64,000 nt of DNA, from the NCBI RefSeq assembly GCF_006345805.1, contig NC_043014.1, forward strand, positions 47,802,001 to 47,866,000, in the 5' to 3' direction. A model generated the notes under the pieces. It was not told the origin of the DNA and did not search any database. It worked only from the letters and a program-made list of their open reading frames with translations. The position numbers and the translations under genes are program-made. Below are positions 27,941-43,145 of the stretch, piece by piece. The first letter of the stretch is position 1. The number at the start of each line of letters is the position of its first letter. Origin of the DNA: Octopus sinensis (taxonomy: Eukaryota).

Positions 27941-29579
27941 AATCCTTACTGCATCAGACAAATTAATTTACAGCATTTCTTCCAGCTGTGTGTATTCTGA
28001 GTTCAAGTCCTGCTAAGGACACCTCTGTCCATCATCAAGTACTGGAGTCAATGTAATCAACAATCCCTACTCTCCTTAAAACTACTGGCTTTGTGCCAAA
28101 ATTTGAAACTATTATTACGGTGTTGAGCTGGATGAAACATTATTGTGTGAGGAAAAAAAAAGTGCTTAGCAGCATTTCCTCCAATTCTTTACATTCTGAG
28201 TTCAAATACTGCTGAAGTTGAGTTTACCTTTCATCCTTTCAGGGTTGATAAAATCAGTATCAGTCAAACGCCAGGTCAATGTAATCGACTTACCCCCTGT
28301 CCGTTGCCAGCCTCGCCTGGCCCCCGTGCTGGTGGCACATAAATGCACCATCCGTTCGTGTCCGTTGCCAGCCTCGCCTGGCCCCCATGCCAGTGGCACG
28401 TAAAAGCACCATCCGTTCGTGGCCGTTTGCCAGCTCCGTCTGGTACCTGTGCGGGTGGCACGTAAAAAGCACCCACTACACTCACGGAGTGGTTGGCGTT
28501 AGGAAGGGCATCCAGCCGTAGAAACACTGCCAGATCAGACTGGGCCTGATGCAGCCTTCCGGCTTCACAGACCCGAGTTGAACCATCCAACCCATGCTAG
28601 CATGGAAAGCGGACGCTAAATGATGATGATGATGATGATTATTGAACTTGCAGAATTGTTAGAGTGTCAGAGTGGCATTTCTTCTGACTCTTTACAGTCT
28701 CAATTCAAATTCCACCAAGGTTACTTTCACTTTCCATTCTTTTGGAGTGGATAAAAATAAGCATCAGTTGGAGTCAACATAATCAACTACAGCCTCCTCC
28801 AAGATTTCAACTCTTGTGCCTTTATTAGAAAGAATTATTCTTATAATTAATATTAGTGTTCCATTGATTGGATCAACTGGAACACTCATCAGCATAAGCA
28901 ACAGAGTGCAAGTTATTAAGGTAATGTGAAGGCTTAGGGACTTAGTGGTTAGGATATTTGGCTCACAATTGTAAGGTTGTGTGTTTGATTCCCAACAGCG
29001 CTTTGTGTCCTTCAGCAAGACACTTTATTTGACGTTGCTCCAGTCCACTCAGCTGGAAAAGAATGTATTGTACCTGTAATTCAAAGGGTCACGCTGGTCA
29101 CATTCTGTGTCATGCTGAATCTTCCTGAGAACTACATTAAGGGTATGCATGTCTGTGGAGTGCTCAACCACTTGCATGTTAATTTCGTGAGCAGGCTGTT
29201 CTGTTGATCAGATCAACTGTAATATTTATCGTCGTATGGACGGAGTTCCAATTATTAAGACAGCAAGCTACTAAAATCATTAGTTTATCAGACAAAATGC
29301 TCAACAGCGCTTTTTCTGGCTCTTTATGTTCTGAGTTCAAAACCCACTGAGGTCAACTTTACCTTTCATCCTTTGGGGTTCAATAATAAAAAAAGTACCA
29401 GTGAAGTACTGGGGTTGACATAATCAAGTATCCCCCTCCCTTTAAAACTGTGGGCCTTGTTTCAGAATTTGAAACAATTATTATCATAGAATAATTACAG
29501 TATGTATCACTCAAAATACTGTATAAGTAACTTTATCAGTTACTAAGCACCCATACACACATACACACACTGGAGGAAG

Positions 29580-29620
<41 letters not shown>

Positions 29621-32054
29621 AGTAATATTTACATGTCTATCAGTACACAGATTTCTGTTTGATGTGAGATAAATGTTTAATATCTGTCCTTTGAACAGTT
29701 AGTTCAGTAATATAATACCATGAAGTGTGTGCCCTGAAACCCAGTCAGGTCAGGTATGTCAAAAACTAAAGACCAGTGAATTTTGAAATTACAAATATAC
29801 ACCCTTTTCAAAAATATAAACTGCTACATAGAACATCCCGACACTTGTTTCTTCCATTGGTTTCAGTTACTGTACTGTGGCCATACTATGGGTAGCACCA
29901 GACAAATATATGCAAATATATGGGAAACTACCACCTGTGTCATCTCTTGTGAAAGGTAGGAGAGTCCAGTGTGCTGGACATTGTTGTAGAGCTGAAAAAG
30001 AGGTAATTTCTACTCTTCTCCTCTGGAAGCCATCTACTCGCAATACCAGAGGGCGCACACTGTCCTACCCTGATGTAATCTCCAGGGATACAGGCATCCA
30101 GCAACAGGACCTCCGTAATGCCATGATGGACCGTGAAGTCTGGCGTAGCATGGTAAATTCCATTGTCTCGACCACGGTCGAACAATGATGATGATGATGA
30201 TATTATGACACTGCCTTTGAATATTTAGCCAATCATATCCACTGTGGTACATATTTTATCGATCTTTTTAAACTGCTAAGTCGCCTTTATGACAAAAAGA
30301 TGCAACTCAAAATACCATTAAAAAGACAGATATACATACATTATACATACACACACACAACAGGTTTCAACACATATTTATGCCCAGGAAATTGCTCTCG
30401 AAAAGCATTGGCGAACCAAAGACCACTGTAGGAAAACACTTGCCAAGATCAAACACCACCATGTGGTCTCAAAGTGAACCTCTTAATCACATGGCCATGC
30501 TTGTGACTATAACTCTCTCTTTTTACTCTTTTACTTGTTTCAGTCATTTGACTGCGGCCATGCTGGAGCACTGCCTTTAATCGAGCAACACAACCCCGGG
30601 ACTTATTCTTTTTATAAGCCCAGTACTTATTCTATCGGTCTCTCTTGCCGAACCGCTAAGTAACGGGGACATAAACACACCAGCATCGGTTGTCAAGCAA
30701 TGCTAGGGGGACAAACACGCATATACATATATACGACGGGCTTCTTTCAGTTTCCGTCTACCAAATCCACTCACAAGGCTTTGGTCGGCCCGAGGCTATA
30801 GTAGAAGACACTTGCCCAAGGTGCCACGCAGTGGGACTGAACCCGGAACCATGTGGTTGCTAAACAAGCTACTTACCACACAGCCACGCCTGTTTCAAAT
30901 TTTGGCACAAGGCCGGCACTTTTAAGGGAGGAGTAGATTAATTAGTGAAGGCATGTGGCTCAGTGGTTCAGGTATCCAGCTCATGACTGCAAGGTCATGA
31001 GCTTAAGTCCTAGCAATGCATTGTGTCCTTCAGCAGGACACTTTATATCACGTTGCTCCAGCTGGCAAAAGTGAGCTGTACCTGTAATTCAAAAGGGGCC
31101 AGCCTTGTCACATTCTCTGTCATACTGAATCTCCAATCTCCCTGGGAACTACATTAACCCTTTCGTTACTGTATTTATTTTGAGAAGCTCTGTGTTTCTT
31201 TCAATTACTTTAAATATAACAAAGAATTTATTAAAATAACTTAGTTATCATTAAGTTAGTGTTAGGAACATAAATTTTGACTAAGGTTTGGTAGAAGATT
31301 TTAATTCAAAACTTATGGAAGCAAGACATTTGTACTCAGATCCAGAGCCGGTTTCAGCCAGGTTGGTAACGAAAGGGTTATGGGCACACATGTCTGTGCA
31401 GTGCTCATGTTAATTTCACGAGCAGGCTATTCCTTTGATCGAATCAATCAGAACTTGTCGTCATAACCGACAGAGAACCAGGCAAATCATATATCAATTA
31501 CATCAATCCCAGTGCTCAACTGGTACTTGTTTTATCAACCCTGAAAAGATGAAAGGCAAAACCGTCTATAACACTAAAGTGCTTATGATACCATCCTATC
31601 ACACACAAACTTCACATCAACCTTCTCCAAACTAACAGCATAATTACAAGAGAGTACAGCTAATTGTAGCCTTCAAATTGCTTTTTTAGTGTCAACAAAC
31701 ACTGCTTTGAACCAAATATTAAGTAAAAGGATGGAGACAAATAATTACTTGGTCATATTTTATTAAAGATGATGATGATAATGAAACCAAAAGTAAATAT
31801 AGAAAAACATTAATTACATGGAGTGAAAAACTGCAATTACAGACAAAATAACAATTAAAATAAGTATTAAATATTTAAAGGTCAGGATTGATGTATGCAT
31901 GTATCATCATCATCATCATCGTTTAACGTCCGTTCTCCATGCTAGCATGGGTTGGACGGTTCGACCGGGGTTCTGGGAAGCCAGAAGGCTGCACCAGGCT
32001 CCAGTCTAATCTGGCAATGTTTCTACAGCTGGATGCCCTTCCTAACATATATAT

Positions 32055-32103
<49 letters not shown>

Positions 32104-32161
32104 AAGCGAACTTTCACAGGCATGATGGGGGAGAATGTTAGTAGTTATTTAGCTGGCGGAC

Positions 32162-32219
32162 TTTGGCTGATGAGAAATCACGTGTCTAGGTGGCGCTAAA
32201 TTTCGAAACCGGTACCGAG
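32162..32219 (+). ncRNA. Type I hammerhead ribozyme with canonical core and palindromic stem III, in a ~300-nt TA-flanked Penelope-like/retrozyme-like element (about 32100-32390)
   Basis: TTTGG-CTGATGA-GAAAT(21 nt)ATTTC-GAAA-CCGG-TA-CCGAG. Stem I UUUGG/CCGAG, stem II 5 bp perfect, stem III ACCGGU, cleavage triplet GUA (cut after 32214). Confidence 0.8.
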
Positions 32220-34009
32220 TTAACCAGCATTTACTTGTTCTGACCCATTTGAGGTAAGACATTATCATTGTTCACTGATATTTTTTCCTATCTTGTCTGT
32301 AATAGATTTGTGATTTTTCGGTGGTACAGAAGTACTTTCTGACTTCTATAATTAGCGATATAGGTACTCATGTAGTACCCTTGCATATATATGTACATAT
32401 CTGATATTGTATGTATCATCGTTCGTTTAACGTCCGTTTTCCATGCTAGCATGGGTTGGACGGTTCAGGTGGGGTCTGGGAAGCCAGAAGGCTGCGCCAG
32501 GCTCCAGTCTGATCTGGCAGTGTTTCTACAGCTGGATGCCCTTCCTAATGCCAACCACTCCGAGAGTGTAGTGGGTGCGTTTTACGTGCCACCGGCATGG
32601 GGGCCAGACGAGGCTGGCATATTTTATTAATTTGCCTGTACGGCTAATAATTTGCTTACCACTAGTGATGGTATTTTAATAATACCATCCCTATATTTAT
32701 ATATATATGTGAATTAGGCTTCCTTATTTGGGAGCCCTTTATTATATTTATATATATATATAGGCTTGGTAGAACAAGTAGGAGAAATAGAACTCAATGA
32801 GTATATGTTGTTTTATCTTTTATTTTTAATTGGCAGAAAGTTACAAAAGTGATTAATTGACCCACAGTTTCGTGCATGGCACTTATCAATGAAACTTTCA
32901 GCTCTTGGTCGCTTTTTTTTTTAACTTACTGCAAATCAAAAATAAGAGATAAAAAAAGTAAGTGCATGTTTGTTTGTGTGTGTGTGTGTGTGTGTGTGTA
33001 AAATGGGGTGGGGGTTAAATATTTACATAGTGAACATAAAACAATGGTTAAAACAGGAACAGAAAACAGTAAGTGGGGAAGGTGGTAGAGAAAGGAGAGA
33101 GACTGGAAGTGAGAGATAGAGTGAGATAAGAGAAGGTGGTGGTGGTAAACATTACTAGATATTGTAAACAGTTTGCAAAAGAATCAAAAGTCAAGTAGAT
33201 TAATATCTGAAAGCTAATAGATTAATAATACTTAAACAGTAGTAGCAGAATGAAAGGGCAGGGAAAGAGAGGCTCATCGATATAGCGATGTTGATGGTGG
33301 TGATGTTTATAGTTCCATAGTTAGGTTTCACAGGACATGGCATTGGGTCAGCAACCCAGCTCCACAAGGAGGTGGTAAAGTTGAGGCCCTCACCTTCATA
33401 AACATCAAATATTACATGTGGTGTATCGGTGAGGATGTGTGTGGTATGGGGACACAGTGAGATAAGGAGGATATGTGAGGTAGTATAATACTGTGGCAGT
33501 GAGGACATGTGGTGTGTGTGGTAGTGAAGAGTGTGGACTAACAACAGCAGTGTTAAATCCACAGAAAGCTGAATAATGAGGTAAGCTAGTGCTAGCATAT
33601 TTAAGGAGTTCTATTTCTCCTACTTGTTCTACCAAGCCTATATATATATATCATCATCATCATCATTTAGCGTCCGTTTTCCATGCTAGCATGGGTTGGA
33701 CGGTTCAACTGGGGTCTGGGGAGCCCGAAGGCTGCACCAGGCCAGTCAGATCTGGCAGTGTTTCTACAGCTGGATGCCCTTCCTAACGCCAACCACTCCG
33801 AGAGTGTAGTGGGTGATTTTATGTGCCGACGAGGCTGGCGAACGGCCACGCTCGGATGGTGTTTTTTATGTGCCACCGACACAGGTGCCAGACGAGGCTG
33901 GCAGACGGCCACGCTCGGATGGTGTTTTTATGTGCCACCGACACAGGTGCCAGATGAGGCTGGGCCACGTTCGGATGGTTTTCTTGTGTGCCACCGGCAC
34001 TGGTACCAC

Positions 34010-34041
<32 letters not shown>

Positions 34042-34249
34042 ACGAAGTACCTGTAAGAAACTAGGGCTAAATCTAGTTAAAATATAGGCACTAGTGCACC
34101 ACAACTTCCTACATTTTCTTTCCCTGTAATAAATTCTAATGTTTTCAATGGTTCCGGTATTGAATGAGAAGCCACTGTAATAGCCATTAAGTGATCATTT
34201 AATATGTTAGAAATAGCAGGTAAATTTCTCTCACGTGATATATATATAC

Positions 34250-34545
34250 ATCACGTGATCACGTGACCGATCAGACCATCAGATGCTGTTACACATTGCT
34301 GGTCACAAAATGCGTTCGCATTGTTTTAGCCTTCAAATGACGCCACCCCGCTGGCTAAGCGAGCAGCCCAACAGAAGAAAGAGTGGTGAAAGAGTACAGC
34401 AGGGATCACCACCCCCTGCTGGAGCGTCATGGAGCTTTTAGGTATTTTCGCTCAATAAACACTCACAACACTGGGTCTGGGAATCGAAACCGCGATCCTG
34501 CGACCGCGAGTCCGCTGCCCTAACCACTGGGCCATTGCGCCTCCA
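34250..34545 (-). mobile_element. SINE C variant with a different 3' half ending in TCACGTGA repeats; also about 44470-44780 and 37545-37650 (partial)
   Basis: Same tRNA-like head as 12041, with a distinct tail shared among three copies. Confidence 0.8.
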
Positions 34546-37485
34546 TATATATATATATATATATATAATCATACATGCATACATCAATCATGATATATGT
34601 TAGAAATAGCAGATAATAAAAATTAACTGTGCTATGATTAAAAAAATAACAATATAAGTCAATAAGTATTGCTTTAATCATTTTGACAAGTATAGGAGGC
34701 AACTCTAGATCAATTTCAGGCTTATTACAACCTTATCAGTAAAGCATGAACTTGACTGCACTAAATGAATAATGAGAGAATCATGAAGTAAATGTACAAG
34801 GTTGTACAGTGGTTGGCATAGGAAAATAGAATTGTTTAGAGAATATTTAACTCGGGAATTCTACTAACAACACAACAATAAAGAACTGTTATTAAATTAG
34901 TTTCTGGGTGGAGAGAAAAATGGTAATTGTCACTGGAGTAAGGCATTATTTTTCTATATAATCATGTCTCAGCATCACCACTAACGCATGGCTGAAAGCA
35001 GTCAAATAATGCTGGAATATACCTCATGCTTCCCGAAATCCGTCGAAACTACACCTGATTATATATACACTTTAGATGAGTTGTAGTGCACCTGAGCACT
35101 GTACACAATTATTATTATTATTATACACCTTCAACCATCATCAACATTTTACGTTAAAACAAAGTTAGCAGAAAATATTTCTCTTTATGACTCAACCACA
35201 ACATATTACTGGTATTTATTTTAACATCTGTAGAATTACAAAACAGTCACCTCTGGTAGAATATGAACTCAGTACTGGAAGGAAATTAATTTTGTCTCAT
35301 TAACAAAAGAGAAAATAAAACAAAATTCTTCAATAGATATACTTTACAGGGTGAACCACATTATATAACAGGTATGGAGGAGAAAAAGAAGGAAGCTTTT
35401 CTTGCTTGACTACTAACAATATTTAGAATCAGAACTATAATAAGTGACTAAACTAAGGCAGGTACAAGAAGGTTGTGAGGCCAAATCCCTCCAGGGCTCA
35501 AATGAAGTACCTGTAAGATACTAGGGCTAAATCTAGTTAAAATATATGTGCTCTAGTGCACCACAACTTCCTACATTTTCTTTCCCTGTAATAAATTCTG
35601 TTTTCAATGGTTCCGGTATTGAATGAGAAGCCACTGTAATAGCCATTAAGTGATCATTTAATATGTTAGAAATAGCAGGTAAATTTCTCTCAAATCATAT
35701 CCAAACATTATTTTAAAAAATGGACAAATTAGATTATATAGCCCTAGGTAGAGTGTAGGAAAAAAGACAACATAATCACAGCTGGGACACCTGTGATCAC
35801 AGGTCTGTTTCAAATTTGACCTGAGGCTAAGCAACAACAGTAAAGTAACAGCAAAACAGAGATAATGATGGTTTGAAGACATTTAAGAATCACTAAGAAA
35901 ACAGAAGAAGAAGAAATGGGAGATGGAGCAGGTTTCCGAGTAAGAAATATAATTACATAGGCTTAACAAAATGGCTTAGAGACCATAATTCCCTTGCAAG
36001 CACACACACACACTTCTTTATTGAGGTGGTGACCTTCATCACCTAACGAAAGTGGACACCCAGGGACACACATATACACATACATAACTGCTACACACCC
36101 AATTATACTGTTGCCCCTCTCTCTCTCTCTCTCACACACACAGTGAATAATCTTCAGAACATCTGATGGGAAAGCAAACACAAAGGGGAACGGGGTAAGG
36201 AGCCAATCTGGCGAAAAGAAGCAAGGGCGGTTAAAACAAACTCGTGTATCAATCCAAGAATTGCTGCAACTAGAAGTATCTCAACAAATCAAAATCAATC
36301 CATTAACATTTTTAAACGGTTCACTGTCAATACTGACTTCAACATTGATTAGATATTGTTTAGTTTTAAGTGCTACATCACTGATGTAAGCGCTACATCG
36401 AGTGTCTTCAGTCGCTGGAACCATGCCACAAACGTCTGTTGTTAATCCCTCTCCAGATCTGTTTTAGGTGTAGTTAAAATGGAAGAGTGAACGTTTTTGT
36501 TTTGTTTGGGGTCTTTTTTTAACTGCCAGAGTTGAAGCAAAAGAGTATGAATGGTGTTAACCACTGTTATGTACCAAAACAGACAAAAAAGTTGTGTGAA
36601 TATACACAAACACACACACAAGCACATACACAAAAACTTACATGTGTGTGTGTGCGTAAGTCTGTACGTATGTATGTGTGAGAGAGAAATAATATTGAGT
36701 ATGTAGCTGTGTGTGTGTGTTTACTATGATTAATGATAAGTATAGGAACTTGTGACGGATATTAGACACAAGACCAAGTCAGGTGACTTTTCCCTATTAT
36801 ATGACAGATATTTACATAATATACATTACAAAGAGATAGAAAGGGAGTGTGTGTGAAACCAGAAGATGGGAGCTGCAGTAGACATTTCACAAATATTGTG
36901 ACCCCCTCTTCTAACAGTGGGAGCTGATAATCTGGGGCGATGTCGAGGCAGGGGAGGGGCATTGAGATAGCGAGTGGCAAATAAGAGGGGCATGAGAGAA
37001 TTTTACAAGTGGTTGGGTTCACTGTCACGTTATTGTGAAATGGGATACTTTCAGGAGGAGTGGTCGTCGGCCGTAAAAATAAAAGGCCGTGTGTATGTAT
37101 GTATGTGTCTGCGTCTATATAAAGCTACTATTGAACGAAATACGTTTATAGTTGATTGTGTAAATTGTAGAGGGTACCAAAGACATGCAAGAGAATTAGG
37201 TGTCGTGGAGTGTAGTGTGTGTGTGTGTGTGGGGGGGGGGGGTGGATTGTTTTCAAGTATTTTGGTTTCTCTGGGAGTCCCTTTTTAAAGTAGAACAAAT
37301 AGCTAACGTTTTTTTTGGGCTGCTATTTCTAAACTTCGGTATGTGGTAAAGCAAATCTTTGCTGAACCCTAATTATTAAGTATTACTTGAGTTTTCCATG
37401 AAATGGTCCTTTTTTTCATGCCGAATGAAGGGGTGAAATTATTGATTACTTCTTAATTAATTAATTTTACCCTTTGTTATTATTG

Positions 37486-37539
<54 letters not shown>

Positions 37540-37668
37540 TATCACGTCACGTGACCGACCAGACCATCAGATGTTGTTACACATCGCTGGTCACAATGCG
37601 TTCGCATTGTTTTAGCCTTCGAATGACGCCACCCCGCTGGCTAAGCGAGCAGTGCAAATATACATACA

Positions 37669-37727
<59 letters not shown>

Positions 37728-38639
37728 GCAACATACACACACAGTAGTAAGGCGACGGTGCGGTGCATCGTTGCAGCGGCGGCTTCACAAGATATGCGTG
37801 GGTGGGCAGATTTTTAGCGACTGCTACAGTTGATTGACGGAGTTCAGATATTTATCTAATAAACATTAATGAACCATAGCTAATATAACAACAACACGTG
37901 GAAATGTCCACCTGGTCAATCGACATGCTAAAACTAGCAACCAAATCTCCCTTGAAGTACGCACCATCGGATTAACACAAGCGAAAACATTGAATAATAT
38001 AGTTATAGATGCAAGAATTCCTGCAAAAAAAAAAGATGGGATGGTCACGAATAGAATGACTTTGATCATGGGTTTACTAGGTCGGAGCTGGCCTGGGGTT
38101 ACAAATAAGCAATGCACACACACACACACACAACACACACGCGCATCTTTCCAAAAACACAATTCCAAAATGTATCATATATTTAGGTATAACCCCACTG
38201 CCCCTACTTTCCAATTAGTGATCCCGATTTGAATTTTGTTCTGTAGAACTAATTATTCCCTTTATGTCCATCAATGTTCCCCGCCTCTTCTACATTCTTC
38301 CCAACCCTAATAACACCAGCATTACTTGCGAGAAGGAAGTATTTTAGATCTGAAATTTGGTGCAATGGGCAATAATATAATTAACATTTTATCTCCTCAT
38401 GTGGTTAAACACGCATATACACTTATGTATGTATGTATGTATGTATGTATATACAAAGATAGATAACTGGTCGTAACTTCGAAGTCAGTATCAACAACAT
38501 TCTTGTATAAGAATGAATTTGAACTCTACAAAAGTACAGAATAACCCATCAGATAAATGTAAATTTGCTTTAATTATAATTGAAAATAAAAATAAACATT
38601 CATATATAATAATAACAACATAATAACAATAATAAGGCA

Positions 38640-40350
<1,711 letters not shown>

Positions 40351-40507
40351 GAAGGGTACATGTATTGAAATACATTTTGTTATAGGTATTTGGGGGCGGG
40401 TGTCTATAAAAAAAATCTATGTTATGTAAAGTATATCGATAAATACATTAATTTAGAACACCATATATGTTATAGAGACAGTGGCGGTGCAATAAACAGG
40501 TGTTAAT

Positions 40508-40544
<37 letters not shown>

Positions 40545-41043
40545 AGTTTTGTCCCCAGATTACATCTGATCGATCAGACCAAACCCGACAGACTCCAATA
40601 CAGCTTCGTTCTATAAAATGATAGTGTGTGACATGAGACAGATTTGGCTGCTATTCCTTGTATGTGTCGCGAGACTGTAAAAAAATTCTTCTGTAGGTCT
40701 CTGTGTAGATGGGTTCAGAAGATACTTATACATCCATACAAATATAATATAGTATAATATACATCTATACTATCTGGGTCCGTACATACACATCTGGTTG
40801 ACGATGATAATCCTTCCTATAAGGACGTCTACTCCCTTAGAGGTTTTTGATAGCTGAACGGTCCTGACCCACAAGATTACGCCTATGTATATGTGTATAT
40901 ATATATATATATATGACTATGATGATCAGAGTAAGAGGTGGGTATGTATGTACGAAGAAAGCGATTAAAATGGGGAAAGTGAGAAACGGAAACTGACAAT
41001 TCAAATTGGAAATTACAATTACTTTACTATTCACTCGTCCAAG

Positions 41044-41083
<40 letters not shown>

Positions 41084-41726
41084 TAAACACAAACAATTAT
41101 CATGCGGTGTGTAGAATGCATTGGACTTTCTAACCAAATTGTTGTCAGCCGATGTCGATATCAATACACACACATACATACACACACACATATATATCGT
41201 TACGTTCTGAGTTCAAATTCCGTCGAGGTCGACTTTGCCTTTCATTCTTTCGGGGGGTCGATAAATTAAGTACCAGTTTCGCACTGGGGGGTCAAATGTA
41301 AATCGACTTAATCCCTATGTCTGTCCTCTTGTTTGTCCCCTCTACGTTTAGCCCCTTGTGGGCAATAAAGAAAGAAATATATATATATTAAATATGTGTG
41401 TGTGTGTATACAGGGAAGAGAGAAAGGTCTATAATCAATCAGTTGTAGTGTCTCCTCCCTCTACTTCAACCATCCAAGAGTTCGATAGACAAACATAACA
41501 AGATATACACAGAGTGAGACATTACACTGGTTTCGTGTTTCCATCTACTGTGTCCCCGTTTATAAACACACAGCACGAAATAAAATGACTGACATCTTTG
41601 AATTATTCCTTTTTGAAACTAAATTTAGACATGGAGTGACATAAATGGCAGAAGCCGAGTGATACGATGACAGTTAATATATAATACAGAAAATAGAGAG
41701 AATGGAGAACATCGGCTGCTTCTTAC

Positions 41727-42010
41727 CTGTGGTGTGTAATGGAGGTAGTGTGAGGCACGGTGGAAGTAGCAGAGACAGTAATGATGAGTGAAGGTAGTGG
41801 GAGGTGACGTAGAGAGGAGGTAGTTGAGAGAGAGTGTAGGCGAATGAATGTAGTGGGAGGCGGTGTAGAATGAAAGTAGCAGAGTGTAGTGGAGAGTGAA
41901 GGTAGTAAGAGGGAGTGTAGATTTTAAAGTAGTAGAGACGGAGTGGTAGAGAGTGAAGATAATAGGAGGGAGGGGGAGATCATGTGAATGACAGAGCATG
42001 CGCACTGACT
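41727..42010 (-). promoter_or_regulatory. Candidate non-coding first exon and promoter of ATP6V1A
   Basis: Strong minus-strand donor CAG|GTAAGA at 41727/41726. Local CpG enrichment at 42000-42060, an NRF1-like GCATGCGCA (41996-42004), and M-box-like TCATGTGA (41980-41987) and TCACATGA (42163-42170). The link to ATP6V1A is inference. Confidence 0.35.
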
Positions 42011-42399
42011 ACTCTCCAGATCCACGTCGATAAATGTCTCGTGCGACTCGCTTAGTCATGGCTTTTATACAACCAATTTTCTTTCTCTCTCTTTCACTCT
42101 ATCAAATTCTCTCTCCCTCTCTCTCTCTCACTCATTCCCAATTCCCTCACTCTCACTCAACATCACATGATAATATTATGGGGGTGGTTGTCATTGCCGT
42201 AATATCTGTCTGACTGTTTTGTGTTCCTTATTTTAATTGTTTAGTCTGGAGGAAAGAGGTCTGTTCCCTCCGTCATAAATACCAGCGACACGGCTGATGG
42301 TCTCAAGGTGATAAATCACCTTGAGATAATATATGTATGAAAAAAATAGGCTGGTCATTAAAGGAATGTCTTTGATCAGTAATCACATGAGGCTGAGCA

Positions 42400-43145
42400 A
42401 TAATAATAATCTTGTCTACTAAGAGTACAAGGCCTGAAATTTGTGGGGTGGGGGTAAGTCGATTACATCACCCCAGTGTTCGACTTGTAGTTATTTCTTC
42501 GACCCCTAAAAAGATGACAGGCAAAGTCGACTTCAGCGGCATTTGTACTCAAAACTGCCGCCATAATCTTGTCTACTAAGGGTACAAGGCCTGAAATTTG
42601 TGGGGTGGGGGTAAGTCGATTACATCACCCCAGTGTTCAACTTGTAGTTATTTCTTCGACCCCTAAAAAGATGACAGGCAAAGTCGACTTCAGCGGCATT
42701 TGTACTCAAAACTGCCGCCATAATCTTGTCTACTAAGGGTACAAGGCCTGAAATTTGTGGGGTGGGGGTAAGTCGATTACATCACCCCAGTGTTCAACTT
42801 GTAGTTATTTCTTCGACCCCTAAAAAGATGACAGGCAAAATCGACTCCAGCGGCATTTGTACTCAATACTGCCGCCAAGCATTTTGTCCGGATTGCTAAC
42901 GATTCGGTCAAACGCTTGCTTCTAGAGCAATAATAATAATCTTGTCTTCTAAGGGCACAAGGCCTGAAATTTGTGGGGTGGGGGTAAGTCAATTACATCA
43001 CCCCAGTGTTCAACTTGTAGTTATTTCTTCGACCCCTAAAAAGATGACAGGCAAAATCGACTTCACCGGCATTTGTGCTCAAAACTGCCGCCAAGCATTT
43101 TATCCGGATTGCTAACGATTCGGTCAAACGCAAAACACTTGCTTC
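42400..43145 (+). repeat. Tandem array of 4 SINE-B-derived units (157, 157, 216 and ~205 bp)
   Basis: The anchor CTTGTCT recurs at 42411, 42568, 42725 and 42941. Confidence 0.9.

Noticed and set aside
42400-43145. CRISPR-like regular array
   Set aside because: Eukaryotic context, units are 157+ bp and SINE-derived, with no unique spacers.
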